64,000 nt of DNA from Eledone cirrhosa (taxonomy: Eukaryota), in assembly GCA_964016885.1 (NCBI GenBank), contig OZ024752.1, positions 23,374,001-23,438,000 on the forward strand, read 5' to 3'. Below are positions 1 to 14,660 of the stretch, piece by piece. The translations under genes were made by a program, and so were the position numbers. Below the pieces are notes generated by a model that was not told the origin of the DNA, did not search any database, and was given only the letters and a program-made list of their open reading frames with translations. Every line of letters starts with the position of its first letter. Position 1 is the stretch's first letter.

Positions 1-2599
1 TCTGACGTCCTAGCGACTGTCATTCTACCTGACGTTCTAGCGACTGTCATTCTATCTGACGTTCTATCAATGTCATTCTATCTGATGTTCTAACGACTGT
101 CATACTATCTGACGTTCTAACCACTGTCATTCTATCAGCCATTCTAGCGATTGTCATCCTATCTGACGTTCTAGCGACTGTCGTTCTATCTGACGTTCTA
201 GCGACTGTCATTCTATCTGACGTTCTAACAACTGTAATTCTATCTGACGTTCTAACGACTGTAATTCTATCTGACGTTCTAACGACTGTCATTCTATCTG
301 AATTTATAACGACTGTCATTCTATCTGACGTTCTAACCACTGTCATTCTATCTGACGTCCTAGCGACTGTCATTCTCTCTGACGTTCTAGCGACTGTAAT
401 TCTATCTGACGTTCTAGCTATTGTCATCCTATCTGACGTTCTAGCAACTGTCAGTCTATCTGACGTTCCAACGACTGTTATTCTATCTGACGTCCTAGCG
501 ACTGTCATTTTATCTGACGTTCTAACCACTGTCATTCAATCTGACGTTCTAATGACTCATTTTATCAGAGGTTCTAACGACTGTCGTTCTATCTGACGTT
601 CTAGCGACTGTCATTCTATTTCATGTTCTAAAGACTGTCATTCTATCTGACATTCTAGCGACTGTCATTCTATCTGACGTTCTAGCGACTGTCATTCTAT
701 CTGACGTTCTAACCACTGTAATTCTATCTGACATTCTACCGACTGTAATTCTATCTGACGTTCTAACGACTGTCATTCTATCTGACGTTCTAACAACTGT
801 CATTCTATCTAACGTTCTAACGACTGTCATTATATCTGACGTTCTAGCGACTGTCATTCTATCTGACATTCTAACGACTGTCATTCTATCTGACGTTCTA
901 GCGACTGTCATTCTACCTGACGTTCTAGCGACTGTCATTCTATCTGAAGTTCTAACGACTGTCATTTTATCTGATGTGCTAACGATGCCATTCTATCTGA
1001 CGTTCTAGCGACTGTAACTTTATCTGACTTGCTAACGACTGCCATTCTACCTGACGTTCTAGCGACTGTCATTCTATGTGACGTTCTAACAACTGTCATT
1101 CTACCTGACGTTCTAACGATTGTCATTCTATCTGACGTTCTAACCACTGTCATTCTATCTGACGTTCTAGCGACAGTCATTCCATCTGACTTTCAAACGA
1201 CAGTCATTCTATCTGATGTTCTAACGACTGTCATTCTATCTGACATTCTAGCAACTGTCATTCTAACTGACGTTCTAACAACTGTCATTCTATCTAACGT
1301 TCTAACGACAGTCATTATATCTGACGTTCTAGCGACTGTCAGTCTATCTGACGTTCTTACAATTGTCATTCTATCTTCCGTTTTAGAGACTGTCATTCTA
1401 TCTTACGTTCTAACAACTGTGAGTCGATCTGAAGTTCTAACGATTGTCATTCTATCTGACATTCTAGCGAGTGTCATTCTATCTGACGTTCTAACGACTG
1501 TCAATCTCTCTGACGTTCTGGCGACTGTCATTCTACCTGACGTTCTAACGACTGTCATAATATCTGACGTTCTTACCACTGTCATTCTATCTGACGTTCT
1601 AGCGACTGTCATTCTATCTGACGTTCTAGCGATTGTCATCCTACCTGACGTTCTAACGACTGTCATTCTATCTGACGTTCTAACAAATGTCATCCTATCT
1701 GACGTCCTAGCGACTGTCATTCTACCTGACGTTCTAGCGACTGTCATTCTATCTGACGTTCTACCAATGTCATTCTATCTGATGTTCTAACGACTGTCAT
1801 ACTATCTGACGTTCTAACCACTGTCATTCTATAAGACATTCTAGCGATTGTCATCCTATCTGACGTTCTAACGACTGTCATTCTATCTGACGTTCTAACG
1901 AATGTCATTCTATCTGAGGTCCTAGCGACTGTCATTCTATCTGACGTTCTAACGACTGTCATTTTATCTGACGTTCTAACGACTGTCATTCTATCTGACG
2001 TTCTAGCGACTGTCGATCTATCTGACGTTCTAGCGACTGTCATTCTATCTGACGTTCTAACAACTGTAATTCTATCTGACGTTCTAACGACTGTAATTCT
2101 ATCTGACGTTCTAACGACTGTCATTCTATCTGAATTTATAACGACTGTCATTCTATCTGACGTTCTAACCACTGTCATTCTCTCTGACGTTCTAGCGACT
2201 GTCATTCTATCTGACGTTCTAGCTATTATCATCCTATCTGACGTTCTAGCAACTGTCAGTCTATCTGACGTTCCAACGACTGTTATTCTATCTGACGTCC
2301 TAGCGACTGTCATTTTATCTGACGTTCTAACGACTGTCATTCTATCTGACGTTCTAACCACTGTCATTCAATCTCACGTTCTAATGACTCATTTTATCAG
2401 ACGTTCTATCGACTGTCGTTCTATCTGACGTTCTAGCGACTGTCATTCTATTTCATGTTCTAAAGACTGTCATTCTATCTGACATTCTAGCGACTGTCAT
2501 TCTATCTGACGTTCTAGCGACTGTCATTCTATCTGACGTTCTAACAACTGTCATTCTATCTAACGTTCTAACGACTGTCATTATATCTGACGTTCTAGC

Positions 2600-5500
2600 G
2601 ACTGTCATTCTATCTGACATTCTAACGACTGTCATTCTATCTGACGTTCTAGCGACTGTCATTCTACCTGACGTTCTAGCGACTGTCATTCTATCTGAAG
2701 TTATAACGACCGTCATTTTATCTGATGTGCTAACGATGCCATTCTATCTGACGTTCTAGCGACTGTAACTTTATCTGACGTGCTAACGACTGCCATTCTA
2801 CCTGACGTTCTAGCGACTGTCATTCTATGTGACGTTCTAACAACTGTCATTCTACCTGACGTTCTAACGATTGTCATTCTATCTAACGTTCTAACCACTG
2901 TCATTCTATCTGACGTTCTAGCGACAGTCATTCCATCTGACTTTCTAACGACTGTCATTCTATCTGATGTTCTAACGACTGTCATTCTATCTGACATTCT
3001 AGCAACTGTCATTCTATCTGACGTTCTAACCACTGTCATTCTATCTGACGTTCTAGCGACTGTCATTCTATTTGATGTTCTAACGACTGTAATTCTATCT
3101 GACTTTCTAACGACTGTCGTTCTATCTGACGTTCTAACGACTGCCATTCTATCTGACATTCTAACCAGTCATTCTATCTGACGTTCTAGCGATGTCATTC
3201 TATCTTACGTTCTAACAACTGTCAGTATATCTGATGTTCTAACGACTATCATTCTATCTGATGTCCTAACGACTGTCATTCTATCTGACGTTCTAGCGAC
3301 TGTCATTCTATCTGACGTTCTAACGACTGTAATTCTATCTGACGTTCTAACGACTGTCATTCTATCTCAATTTCTAACGACTGTCATTCTATCTGACGTT
3401 CTAACCACTGTCATTCTCTCTGACGTTCTAGCGACTGTCATTCTATCTGACGTTCTAGCTATTGTCATCCTATCTGACGTTCTAGCAACTGTCATTCTAT
3501 CTGACGTTCCAACGACTGTTATTTTATTTGACGTCCTAGCGACTGTCATTTTATCTGACGTTCTAACGACTGTCATTCTATCTGACGTTCTAACCACTGT
3601 CATTCTATCTCACGTTCTAACGACTGTCGTTCTACCTGACGTTCTAGCGACCGTCATTCTATTTGACGTTCTAATGACTGCCATTCTATCTGACGTTCTA
3701 ACCCGTCATTCTATTTGACGTTCTATCGATGTCATTCCATCTGACGTTCTAACGACTGTCATTCTATCTGCCGTTTTAGAGACTGTCATTCTATCTTACG
3801 TTGTAACAACTGTGAGTCTATCTGACGTTCTAACGACTGTCATTCTATCTCACGTTCTAACCACTGTCATTCTATCACACGTTCTAGCGACTGTCATTCT
3901 ATTTGACGTTCAAACGTCTGTCATTCTATCTGACGTTCTAGCGACTGTCATTCTATCTGAGTTCTAACGACTGTCATTCTATCTGACGTTCTAACGAATG
4001 TCATTCTATCTGACGTTCTAACGACTGTCATACTATCTGACGTTCTAACCACTGTCATTCTATCTAACTTTCTAGCGACTGTCATTCTATGTGACGTACT
4101 AACCACTGTCATTCTATCTGACGATCTAGCGTCTGTTATTCTATCTGAATTCCTAACGACTGTCATTCTATATCACGTTCTAACCACTGTCAATCTCTCT
4201 GACGTTCTGGCGACGGTCATTCTACCTGACGTTCTAACGACTGTCATACTATCTGACGTTCTTACCACTGTCATTCTATCTGACGTTCTAGCGACTGTCA
4301 TTCTATTTCATGTTCTAAAGACTGTCATTCTATCTGACATTCTAGCGCTTGTCATTCTATCTGACGTTCTAACAACTGTCATTTTATCTGACGTTCTAAC
4401 GACTGTCATTCTATCTGACGTTATAACAACTGTCATTCTATCTGACGTTCTAGCAACTGTCATTCTATCTGACGTTCTAACCACCGTCATTCTATCTGAT
4501 GTTCTAACGCCTGTCATTCTATCTGACGTTCTAACAATTGTCATTCTATCTGATGTTCTAGTGACTGTCATTCTATCTGACGTTCTAACAACTGTCATTC
4601 TATCTGACGTTCTAACGACTGTAATTCTATCTGACGTCCTAACGCCTGTCATTATAGTTGACGTACTAACGACTGTCATTCTATATATCGTTCTAACCAC
4701 TGTCATTCTATCTGACGTTCTAGCAACTGTCATTCTATTTGATGTTCCAACGACTGTTATTCTATCTGACGTCCTAGCTACTGTCATTCTACTGACGTTC
4801 TAACGACTGTAATTTTATCTGACGTTCTAACGACTGTCATTCTATCTGACGTTCTAACCACTGTCATTCTATCTGACGTTCTAACGACTGTCATTTTATC
4901 TGACGTTCTAACGACATTAATTCTATCTGACGTTCTAACCACTGTCATTCTATCTCACGTTCTACCGACTGTCATTCTATTTCATATTCTAAAGACTGTC
5001 ATTCTATCTGACATTCTAGCGCTTGTCATTCTATCTGACGATCTAACAACTGTCATTCTATCTGACGTTCTAGCGACTGTCATTCTATCTGACGTTATAA
5101 CAACTGTCATTCTATCTGACGTTCTAACGACTGTAAATCTATCGGATGTTCTAACGCCTGTCATTCTAACTGACGTTCTAACAACTGTCATTCTATCTAA
5201 CGTTCTAACGACAGTCATTATATCTGACGTTCTAGCGACTGTCAGTCTATCTGACGTTCTTACAACTGTCATTCTATCTTCCGTTTTAGAGACTGTCATT
5301 CTATCTTACGTTCTAACAACTGTGAGTCGATCTGACGTTCTAACGATTGTCATTCTATCTGACATTCTAGCGAGTGTCATTCTATCTGACGTTCTAACGA
5401 CTGTCAATCTCTCTGACGTTCAGGCGACTGTCATTCTACCTAACGTTCTAACGACTGTCATACTATCTGACGTTCTTACCACTGTCATTCTATCTGACGT

Positions 5501-8500
5501 TCTAGCGACTGTCATTCTATCTGACGTTCTAGCGATTGTCATCCTATCTGACGTTCTAACGACTGTCATTCTATCTGACGTTCTAACAAATGTCATCCTA
5601 TCTGACGTCCTAGCGACTGTCATTCTACCTGACGTTCTAGCGACTGTCATTCTATCTGACGTTCTACCAATGTCATTCTATCTGATGTTCTAACGACTGT
5701 CATACTATCTGACGTTCTAACCACTGTCATTCTATCAGACATTCTAGCGATTGTCATCCTATCTGACGTTCTAACGACTGTCATTCTATCTGACGTTCTA
5801 ACGACTGTCAATCTCTCTGACGTTCAGGCGACTGTCATTCTACCTGATGTTCTAACGACTGTCATACTATCTGACGTTCTTACCCCTGTCATTCTATCTG
5901 ACGTTCTAGCGACTGTCATTCTATCTGAGGTCCTAGCGACTGTCATTCTATCTGACGTTCAAACGACTGTCATTTTATCTGACGTTCTAACGACTGTCAT
6001 TCTATCTGACGTTCTAGCGACTGTCGTTCTATCTGACGTTCTAGCGACTGTCATTCTATCTGACGTTCTAACAACTGTAATTCTATCTGACGTTCTAACG
6101 ACTGTAATTCTATCTGAGTTCTAACGACTGTCATTCTATCTGACGTTCTAACGAATGTCATTCTATCTGACGTTCTAACGACTGTCATACTATCTGACGT
6201 TCTAACCACTGTCATTCTATCTGACGTTCTAGCGACTGTCATTCTATCTGACGTTCTAACGACTGTCATTCTATCTGACTTTCTAGCGACTGTCATTCTA
6301 TGTGACGTACTAACCACTGTCATTCTATCTGACGATCTAGCGTCTGTTATTCTATCTGAATTCCTAACGACTGTCATTCTATATCACGTTCTAACCACTG
6401 TCAATCTCTCTGACGTTCTGGCGACGGTCATTCTACCTGACGTTCTAACGACTGTCATACTATCTGACGTTCTTACCACTGTCATTCTATCTGACGTTCT
6501 AGCGACTGTCATTCTATTTCATGTTCTAAAGACTGTCATTCTATCTGACATTCTAGCGCTTGTTATTCTATCTGACGTTCTAACAACTGTCATTTTATCT
6601 GACGTTCTAACGACTGTCATTCTATCTGACGTTATAACAACTGTCATTCTATCTGACGTTCTAACGACTGTAATTCTATCGGACGTTCTAACGCCTGTCA
6701 TTCTAACTGACGTTCTAACAACTGTCATTCTATCTGACGTTCTAGCAACTGTCATTATATCTGACGTTCTAACCACCGTCATTCTATCTGATGTTCTAAC
6801 GACTGTCATTCTATCTGACGTTCTAACAATTGTCATTCTATCTGATGTTCTAGTGACTGTCATTCTATCTGACGTTCTAACAACTGTCATTCTATCTGAC
6901 GTTCTAACGACTGTAATTCTATCTGACGTCCTAACGCCTGTCATTATAGTTGACGTACTAACGACTGTCATTCTATATATCGTTCTAACCACTGTCATTC
7001 TATCTGACGTTCTAGCGACTGTCATTCTATTTGATGTTCCAACGACTGTTATTCTATCTGACGTCCTAGCTACTGTCATTCTACTGACGTTCTAACGACT
7101 GTAATTTTATCTGACGTTCTAACGACTGTCATTCTATCTGACGTTCTAACCACTGTCATTCTATCTGACGTTCTAACGACTGTCATTTTATCTGACGTTC
7201 TAACGACATTAATTCTATCTGACGTTCTAACCACTGTCATTCTATCTGACGTTCTAACCACTGTCATTCTATCTCACGTTCTACCGACTGTCATTCTATT
7301 TCATATTCTAAAGACTGTCATTCTATCTGACATTCTAGCGCTTGTCATTCTATCTGACGTTCTAACAACTGTCATTCTATCTGACGTTCTAGCGACTGTC
7401 ATTCTATCTGACGTTATAACAACTGTCATTCTATCTGACGTTCTAACGACTGTAAATCTATCGGATGTTCTAACGCCTGTCATTCTAACTGACGTTCTAA
7501 CAACTGTCATTCTATCTAACGTTCTAACGACAGTCATTATATCTGACGTTCTAGCGACTGTCAGTCTATCTGACGTTCTTACAACTGTCATTCTATCTTC
7601 CGTTTTAGAGACTGTCATTCTATCTTACGTTCTAACAACTGTGAGTCGATCTGACGTTCTAACGATTGTCATTCTATCTGACATTCTAGCGAGTGTCATT
7701 CTATCTGACGTTCTAACGACTGTCAATCTCTCTGACGTTCAGGCGACTGTCATTCTACCTGACGTTCTAACGACTGTCATACTATCTGACGTTCTTACCA
7801 CTGTCATTCTATCTGACGTTCTAGCGACTGTCATTCTATCTGACGTTCTAGCGATTGTCATCCTATCTGACGTTCTAACGACTGTCATTCTATCTGACGT
7901 TCTAACAAATGTCATCCTATCTGACGTCCTAGCGACTGTCATTCTACCTGACGTTCTAGCGACTGTCATTCTATCTGTTGTTCTACCAATGTCATTCTAT
8001 CTGATGTTCTAACGACTGTCATACTATCTGACGTTCTAACCACTGTCATTCTATCAGACATTCTAGCGATTGTCATCCTATCTGACGTTCTAACGACTGT
8101 CATTCTATCTGACGTTCTAACGACTGTCAATCTCTCTGACGTTCAGGCGACTGTCATTCTACCTGATGTTCTAACGACTGTCATACTATCTGACGTTCTT
8201 ACCACTGTCATTCTATCTGACGTTCTAGCGACTGTCATTCTATCTGAGGTCCTAGCGACTGTCATTCTATCTGACGTTCAAACGACTGTCATTTTATCTG
8301 ACGTTCTAACGACTGTCATTCTATCTGACGTTCTAGCGACTGTCGTTCTATCTGACGTTCTAGCGACTGTCATTCTATCTGACGTTCTAACAACTGTAAT
8401 TCTATCTGACGTTCTAACGACTGTAATTCTATCTGACGTTCTAACGACTGTCATTCTATCTGAATTTATAACGACTGTCATTCTATCTGACGTTCTAACC

Positions 8501-11500
8501 ACTGTCATTCTCTCTGACGTTCTAGCGACTGTCATTCTATCTGATGTTCTAGCTATTGTCATCCTATCTGACGTTCTAACAACTGTCAGTCTATCTGATG
8601 TTCTAACGACTATCATTCTATCTGATGTCCTAACGACTGTCATTCTATCTGACGTTCTAGCGACTGTCATTCTATGTGACGTTCTAACGACTGTCGTTCT
8701 ATCTGACGTTCTAACGACTGTCATTCTAACTGACATTCTAGCGACTGTCATTCTATCTGACGTTCTAACCACTGTCATTCTATCTGCCGATCTAGCGACT
8801 GTCATTCTATGTGAATTTCTAACGACTGTCATTCTATATCACGTTCTAACCACTGTCAATCTCTCTGACGTTCTAGCGACTGTCATTCTATCTGACGTTC
8901 TAGCGACTGTCATTCTATCTGAGTTCTAACGACTGTCATTCTATCTGACGTCCTAGCGACTCTCATTCTAACTGACGTTCTAGCGACTGTCATTCTATCT
9001 GAGTTCTAACGACTGTCATTCTATCTGACGTTCTAACCACTGTCATTCTATCTGACGTTCTAGCGACGGTCATTCTACCTGACGTTCTAACGACTGTCAT
9101 ACTATCTGACGTTCTTACCACTGTCATTCTATCTGACGTTCTAGCGAATGTCATTCTATCTGACGTTATAACAACTGTCATTCTATCTGACGTTCTAACG
9201 ACTGTAATTCTCTCGGACGTTCTAACGCCTGTCATTCTAACTGACGTTCTAACAACTGTCATTCTATCTGACGTTCTAGCGACTGTCATTCTATCTGACG
9301 TTCTAACCACCGTCATTCTATCTGATGTTCTAACGCCTGTCATTCTATCTGACGTTCTAACAATTGTCATTCTATCTGATGTTCTAGTGACTGTCATTCT
9401 ATCTTACGTTCTAACAACTGTCATTCTATCTGACGTTCTAACGACTGTAATTCTATCTGACGTCCTAACGCCTGTCATTATATTTGACGTACTAACGACT
9501 GTCATTCTATATATCGTTCTAACCACTGTCATTCTATCTGACGTTCTAGCGACTGTCATTCTAATTGATGTTCTAACGACTGTCATTCTATCTGACGTTC
9601 TAACTACTGTCATTCTATGTGACGTTCTAACGACTGTAATTCTATCTGACGTTCTAACGACTGTCATTCTATCTGAATTTTTAACAACTGTCATTCTATC
9701 TGACGTTCTAACTACTGTCATTCTCTCTGACGTTCTAGCGACTGTCATTCTATCTGACGTTCCTGCTATTGTCATCCTATCTGACGTTCTAGCGACTGTC
9801 ATTCTATCTGATGTTCCAACGACTGTAATTTTATCTGACGTTCTAACGACTGTCATTTTATCTGACGTTCTAACGACATTAATTCTATCTGACGTTCTAA
9901 CCACTGTCATTCTATCTTACGTTCTAACCACTGTCATTCTATCTGACGTTCTAGCGACTGTCATTCTATTTCATGTTCTAAAGACTGTCATTCTATCTGA
10001 CATTCTAGCGCTTGTCATTCTATCTGACGTTCTAACAACTGTCATTCTATCTGACGTTCTAGCGACTGTCATTCTATCTGACGTTATAACAACTGTCATT
10101 CTATCTGACGTTCTAACGACTGTAATTCTATCGGACGTTCTAACGCCTGTCATTCTAACTGACGTTCTAACAACTGTCATTCTATCTAACGTTCTAACGA
10201 CAGTCATTATATCTGACGTTCTAGCGACTGTCAGTCTATCTGACGTTCTTACAACTGTCATTCTATCTTCCGTTTTAGAGACTGTCATTCTTTCTTACGT
10301 TCTAACAACTGTGAGTCGATCTGACGTTCTAACGATTGTCATTCTATCTGACATTCTAGCGACTGTCATTCTATCTGACGTTCTAACGACTGTCATTCTA
10401 TCTGACGTTCTAACAACTGTCATTCTATCTAACGTTCTAACGACTGTCATTATATCTGACGTTCTAACGACTGTCATTCTATCTGACGTTCTAGCGACTG
10501 TCATTCTACCTGACGTTCTAGCGACTGTCATTCTATCTGAAGTTATAACGACCGTCATTTTATCTGATGTGCTAACGATGCCATTCTATCTGACGTTCTA
10601 GCGACTGTAACTTTATCTGACGTGCTAACGACTGCCATTCTACCTGACGTTCTAGCGACTGTCATTCTATGTGACGTTCTAACAACTGTCATTCTACCTG
10701 ACGTTCTAACGATTGTCATTCTATCTAACGTTCTAACCACTGTCATTCTATCTGACGTTCTAGCGACAGTCATTCCATCTGACTTTCTAACGACTGTCAT
10801 TCTATCTGATGTTCTAACGACTGTCATTCTATCTGACATTCTAGCAACTGTCATTCTATCTGACGTTCTAACCACTGTCATTCTATCTGACGTTCTAGCG
10901 ACTGTCATTCTATTTGATGTTCTAACGACTGTAATTCTATCTGACGTTCTAACGACTGTCGTTCTATCTGACGTTCTAACGACTGCCATTCTATCTGACA
11001 TTCTAACCAGTCATTCTATCTGACGTTCTAGCGATGTCATTCTATCTTACGTTCTAACAACTGTCAGTATATCTGATGTTCTAACGACTATCATTCTATC
11101 TGATGTCCTAACGACTGTCATTCTATCTGACGTTCTAGCGACTGTCATTCTATCTGACGTTCTAACGACTGTAATTCTATCTGACGTTCTAACGACTGTC
11201 ATTCTATCTCAATTTCTAACGACTGTCATTCTATCTGACGTTCTAACCACTGTCATTCTCTCTGACGTTCTAGCGACTGTCATTCTATCTGACGTTCTAG
11301 CTATTGTCATCCTATCTGACGTTCTAGCAACTGTCATTCTATCTGACGTTCCAACGACTGTTATTTTATTTGACGTCCTAGCGACTGTCATTTTATCTGA
11401 CGTTCTAACGACTGTCATTCTATCTGACGTTCTAACCACTGTCATTCTATCTCACGTTCTAACGACTGTCGTTCTATCTGACGTTCTAGCGACCGTCATT

Positions 11501-11850
11501 CTATTTGACGTTCTAATGACTGCCATTCTATCTGACGTTCTAACCCGTCATTCTATTTGACGTTCTATCGATGTCATTCCATCTGACGTTCTAACGACTG
11601 TCATTCTATCTGCCGTTTTAGAGACTGTCATTCTATCTTACGTTGTAACAACTGTGAGTCTATCTGACGTTCTAACGACTGTCATTCTATCTCACGTTCT
11701 AACCACTGTCATTCTATCACACGTTCTAGCGACTGTCATTCTATTTGACGTTCAAACGTCTGTCATTCTATCTGACGTTCTAGCGACTGTCATTCTATCT
11801 GAGTTCTAACGACTGTCATTCTATCTGACGTTCTAACGAATGTCATTCTA
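2600..11850. repeat. Segmental duplication within the satellite, offset 7842 bp (~2.6-4.0 kb copied at ~10.45-11.85 kb)
   Basis: Landmarks 2713/10555, 2780/10622, 3367/11209 and 3948/11790 differ by 7842. Both copies carry the rare variants aacccgtc and gttgtaacaactgtgag. Confidence 0.85.
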
Positions 11851-14660
11851 TCTGACGTTCTAACGACTGTCATACTATCTGACGTTCTAACCACTGTCAT
11901 TCTATCTGACGTTCTAGCGACTGTCATTCTATCTGACGTTCTAACGACTGTCATTCTATCTGACTTTCTAGCGACTGTCATTCTATGTGACGTACTAACC
12001 ACTGTCATTCTATCTGACGATCTAGCGTCTGTTATTCTATCTGAATTCCTAACGACTGTCATTCTATATCACGTTCTAACCACTGCCAATCTCTCTGACG
12101 TTCTGGCGACGGTCATTCTACCTGACCTTCTAACGACTGTCATACTATCTGACGTTCTTACCACTGTCATTCTATCTGACGTTCTAGCGACTGTCATTCT
12201 ATTTCATGTTCTAAAGACTGTCATTCTATCTGACATTCTAGCGCTTGTCATTCTATCTGACGTTCTAACAACTGTCATTTTATCTGACGTTCTAACGACT
12301 GTCATTCTATCTGACGTTATAACAACTGTCATTCTATCTGACGTTCTAACGACTGTAATTCTATCGGACGTTCTAACGCCTGTCATTCTAACTGACGTTC
12401 TAACAACTGTCATTCTATCTGACGTTCTAGCAACTGTCATTCTATCTGACGTTCTAACCACCGTCATTCTATCTGATGTTCTAACGCCTGTCATTCTATC
12501 TGACGTTCTAACAATTGTCATTCTATCTGATGTTCTAGTGACTGTCATTCTATCTGACGTTCTAACAACTGTCATTCTATCTGACGTTCTAACGACTGTA
12601 ATTCTATCTGACGTCCTAACGCCTGTCATTATAGTTGACGTACTAACGACTGTCATTCTATATATCGTTCTAACCACTGTCATTCTATCTGACGTTCTAG
12701 CGACTGTCATTCTATTTGATGTTCCAACGACTGTTATTCTATCTGACGTCCTAGCTACTGTCATTCTACTGACGTTCTAACGACTGTAATTTTATCTGAC
12801 GTTCTAACGACTGTCATTCTATCTGACGTTCTAACCACTGTCATTCTATCTGACGTTCTAACGACTGTCATTTTATCTGACGTTCTAACGACATTAATTC
12901 TATCTGACGTTCTAACCACTGTCATTCTATCTGACGTTCTAACCACTGTCATTCTATCTCACGTTCTACCGACTGTCATTCTATTTCATATTCTAAAGAC
13001 TGTCATTCTATCTGACATTCCAGCGCTTGTCATTCTATCTGACGTTCTAACAACTGTCATTCTATCTGACGTTCTAGCGACTGTCATTCTATCTGACGTT
13101 ATAACAACTGTCATTCTATCTGACGTTCTAACGACTGTAAATCTATCGGATGTTCTAACGCCTGTCATTCTAACTGACGTTCTAACAACTGTCATTCTAT
13201 CTAACGTTCTAACGACAGTCATTATATCTGACGTTCTAGCGACTGTCAGTCTATCTGACGTTCTTACAACTGTCATTCTATCTTCCGTTTTAGAGACTGT
13301 CATTCTATCTTACGTTCTAACAACTGTGAGTCGATCTGACGTTCTAACGATTGTCATTCTATCTGACATTCTAGCGAGTGTCATTCTATCTGACGTTCTA
13401 ACGACTGTCAATCTCTCTGACGTTCAGGCGACTGTCATTCTACCAGACGTTCTAACGACTGTCATACTATCTGACGTTCTTACCACTGTCATTCTATCTG
13501 ACGTTCTAGCGACTGTCATTCTATCTGACGTTCTAGCGATTGTCATCCTATCTGACGTTCTAACGACTGTCATTCTATCTGACGTTCTAACAAATGTCAT
13601 CCTATCTGACGTCCTAGCGACTGTCATTCTACCTGACGTTCTAGCGACTGTCATTCTATCTGACGTTCTACCAATGTCATTCTATCTGATGTTCTAACGA
13701 CTGACATACTATCTGACGTTCTAACCACTGTCATTCTATCAGACATTTTAGCGATTGTTATCCTATCTGACGTTCTAACGACTGTCATTCTATCTGACGT
13801 TCTAACGACTGTCAATCTCTCTGACGTTCAGGCGACTGTCATTCTACCTGATGTTCTAACGACTGTCATACTATCTGACGTTCTTACCACTGTCATTCTA
13901 TCTGACGTTGTAGCGACTGTCATTCTATCTGAGGTCCTAGCGACTGTCATTCTATCTGACGTTCAAACGACTGTCATTTTATCTGACGTTCTAACGACTG
14001 TCATTCTATCTGACGTTCTAGCGACTGTCGTTCTATCTGACGTTCTAGCGACTGTCATTCTATCTGACGTTCTAACAACTGTAATTCTATCTGACGTTCT
14101 AACGACTGTAATTCTATCTGACGTTCTAACGACTGTCATTCTATCTGAATTTATAACGACTGTCATTCTATCTGACGTTCTAACCACTGTCATTCTCTCT
14201 GACGTTCTAGCGACTGTCATTCTATCTGATGTTCTAGCTATTGTCATCCTATCTGACGTTCTAACAACTGTCAGTCTATCTGATGTTCTAACGACTATCA
14301 TTCTATCTGATGTCCTAACGACTGTCATTCTATCTGACGTTCTAGCGACTGTCATTCTATGTGACGTTCTAACGACTGTCGTTCTATCTGACGTTCTAAC
14401 GACTGTCATTCTAACTGACATTCTAGCGACTGTCATTCTATCTGACGTTCTAACCACTGTCATTCTATCTGCCGATCTAGCGACTGTCATTCTATGTGAA
14501 TTTCTAACGACTGTCATTCTATATCACGTTCTAACCACTGTCAATCTCTCTGACGTTCTAGCGACTGTCATTCTATCTGACGTTCTAGCGACTGTCATTC
14601 TATCTGAGTTCTAACGACTGTCATTCTATCTGACGTCCTAGCGACTCTCATTCTATCTGA
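6100..14660. repeat. Segmental duplication within the satellite, offset 5685 bp (~6.1-9.0 kb copied at ~11.8-14.7 kb)
   Basis: Same-length, near-identical ORF-track landmarks at 6519/12204, 7076/12761, 7301/12986, 7641/13326 and 8278/13963 all differ by 5685. Boundaries are approximate. Confidence 0.85.
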
